From Octopus sinensis (lineage: Eukaryota), in contig NW_021828143.1 in NCBI RefSeq assembly GCF_006345805.1, forward strand, positions 1 through 9,012: a stretch of 9,012 nt of DNA, in the 5' to 3' direction. The notes below the pieces were generated by a model, which searched no databases, had not been told where the DNA came from, and was given only the letters and a program-made list of their open reading frames with translations. The translations under genes were made by a program, and so were the position numbers. This document shows positions 8,563 to 9,012 of the stretch, in pieces; within the stretch, counting starts at the first letter, position 1, and every line of letters starts with the position of its first letter.

Positions 8563-8676
8563 AATATCTTGCAAAATATTAAGTCTTACTTGATGGAATG
8601 GTCATAGCTGGAATACTCTTAAGTGTATGTTTATTACAGCAGTATTGCTCTTGAGTTAAACAACACTAACAACACC

Positions 8677-8899
8677 AAGGTGGTGAGCTGGCAGAAACGT
8701 TAGCACACTGGGTGAAATGCTTAGCAGTATTTCGTCTGTCTATGTTCTGAGTTCAAATTCTGCCAGGGTCGACTTTGCCTTTCATCCTTTTGGGGTTGAT
8801 AAATTAAGTACCAGTTACGCACTGGGGTTGATGTAATCGCTTTGTCTGTCCTTGTATGTCCCCTCTATGTTTAGCCTCTTGTGGGCAATAAAGAAATAA
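8677..8899 (+). mobile_element. tRNA-derived SINE copy C (left unit of a head-to-tail pair)
   Basis: A-box-like TGGCAGAAACG (8689-8699) and B-box GTTCAAATTC (8751-8760). The central GCCTTTCATCCTTTTGGGGTTGATAAATTAAGTACCAG resembles the Meta/MESC conserved SINE domain (from memory; needs checking). An A-rich end aataaagaaataa follows. Confidence 0.85.
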
Positions 8900-9012
8900 G
8901 AAACGTTAGCACACCGGGTGAAATGCTTAGCAGTATTTTGTCTGTCTTTACATTCTGAGTTCAAATTCTGCCAGGGTCGACTTTGCCTTTCATCCTTTCG
9001 GGGTCGACTTGC
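8899..9012 (+). mobile_element. tRNA-derived SINE copy D (right unit, lacks first ~15 nt; ends at window edge)
   Basis: Near-identical to 8693-8800 (agaaacgttagcacac..gggtgaaatgcttagcagtattt..ttctgagttcaaattctgccagggtcgactttgcctttcatccttt). Confidence 0.85.

Noticed and set aside
8679-8765. tRNA gene
   Set aside because: A and B boxes are present, but the spacing is extended, there is no complete cloverleaf, and the sequence continues into SINE body. The same holds for 8095-8157.

Overview
This is eukaryotic, very AT-rich, microsatellite-dense DNA. The SINE sequences I recognise from memory point to a coleoid cephalopod, most likely Octopus. No database search was run. Nearly all supplied ORFs are artefacts of (TA)n/(TG)n/(ATAC)n/(CCA)n repeats. 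The best-supported hidden feature, absent from the ORF track, is a heavily decayed minus-strand Penelope-like retroelement (PLE; RT followed by a C-terminal GIY-YIG endonuclease) at about 4230-5998. It appears to have lost its catalytic YRDD motif and carries a composite insert of about 220 bp. The 3' end of the window holds a diverged ~80-84 bp tandem repeat and a cluster of five tRNA-derived SINE units, three on the minus strand and a head-to-tail pair on the plus strand. A few unique segments between microsatellites (about 870-1740 minus, 2903-2994 plus, 4843-4873 plus) have splice-site-like borders and may be exons of unidentified host genes; these calls are tentative. I found no convincing evidence of a new biological system. 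The most interesting observations concern retroelement decay, possible exonisation and an inverted SINE pair.
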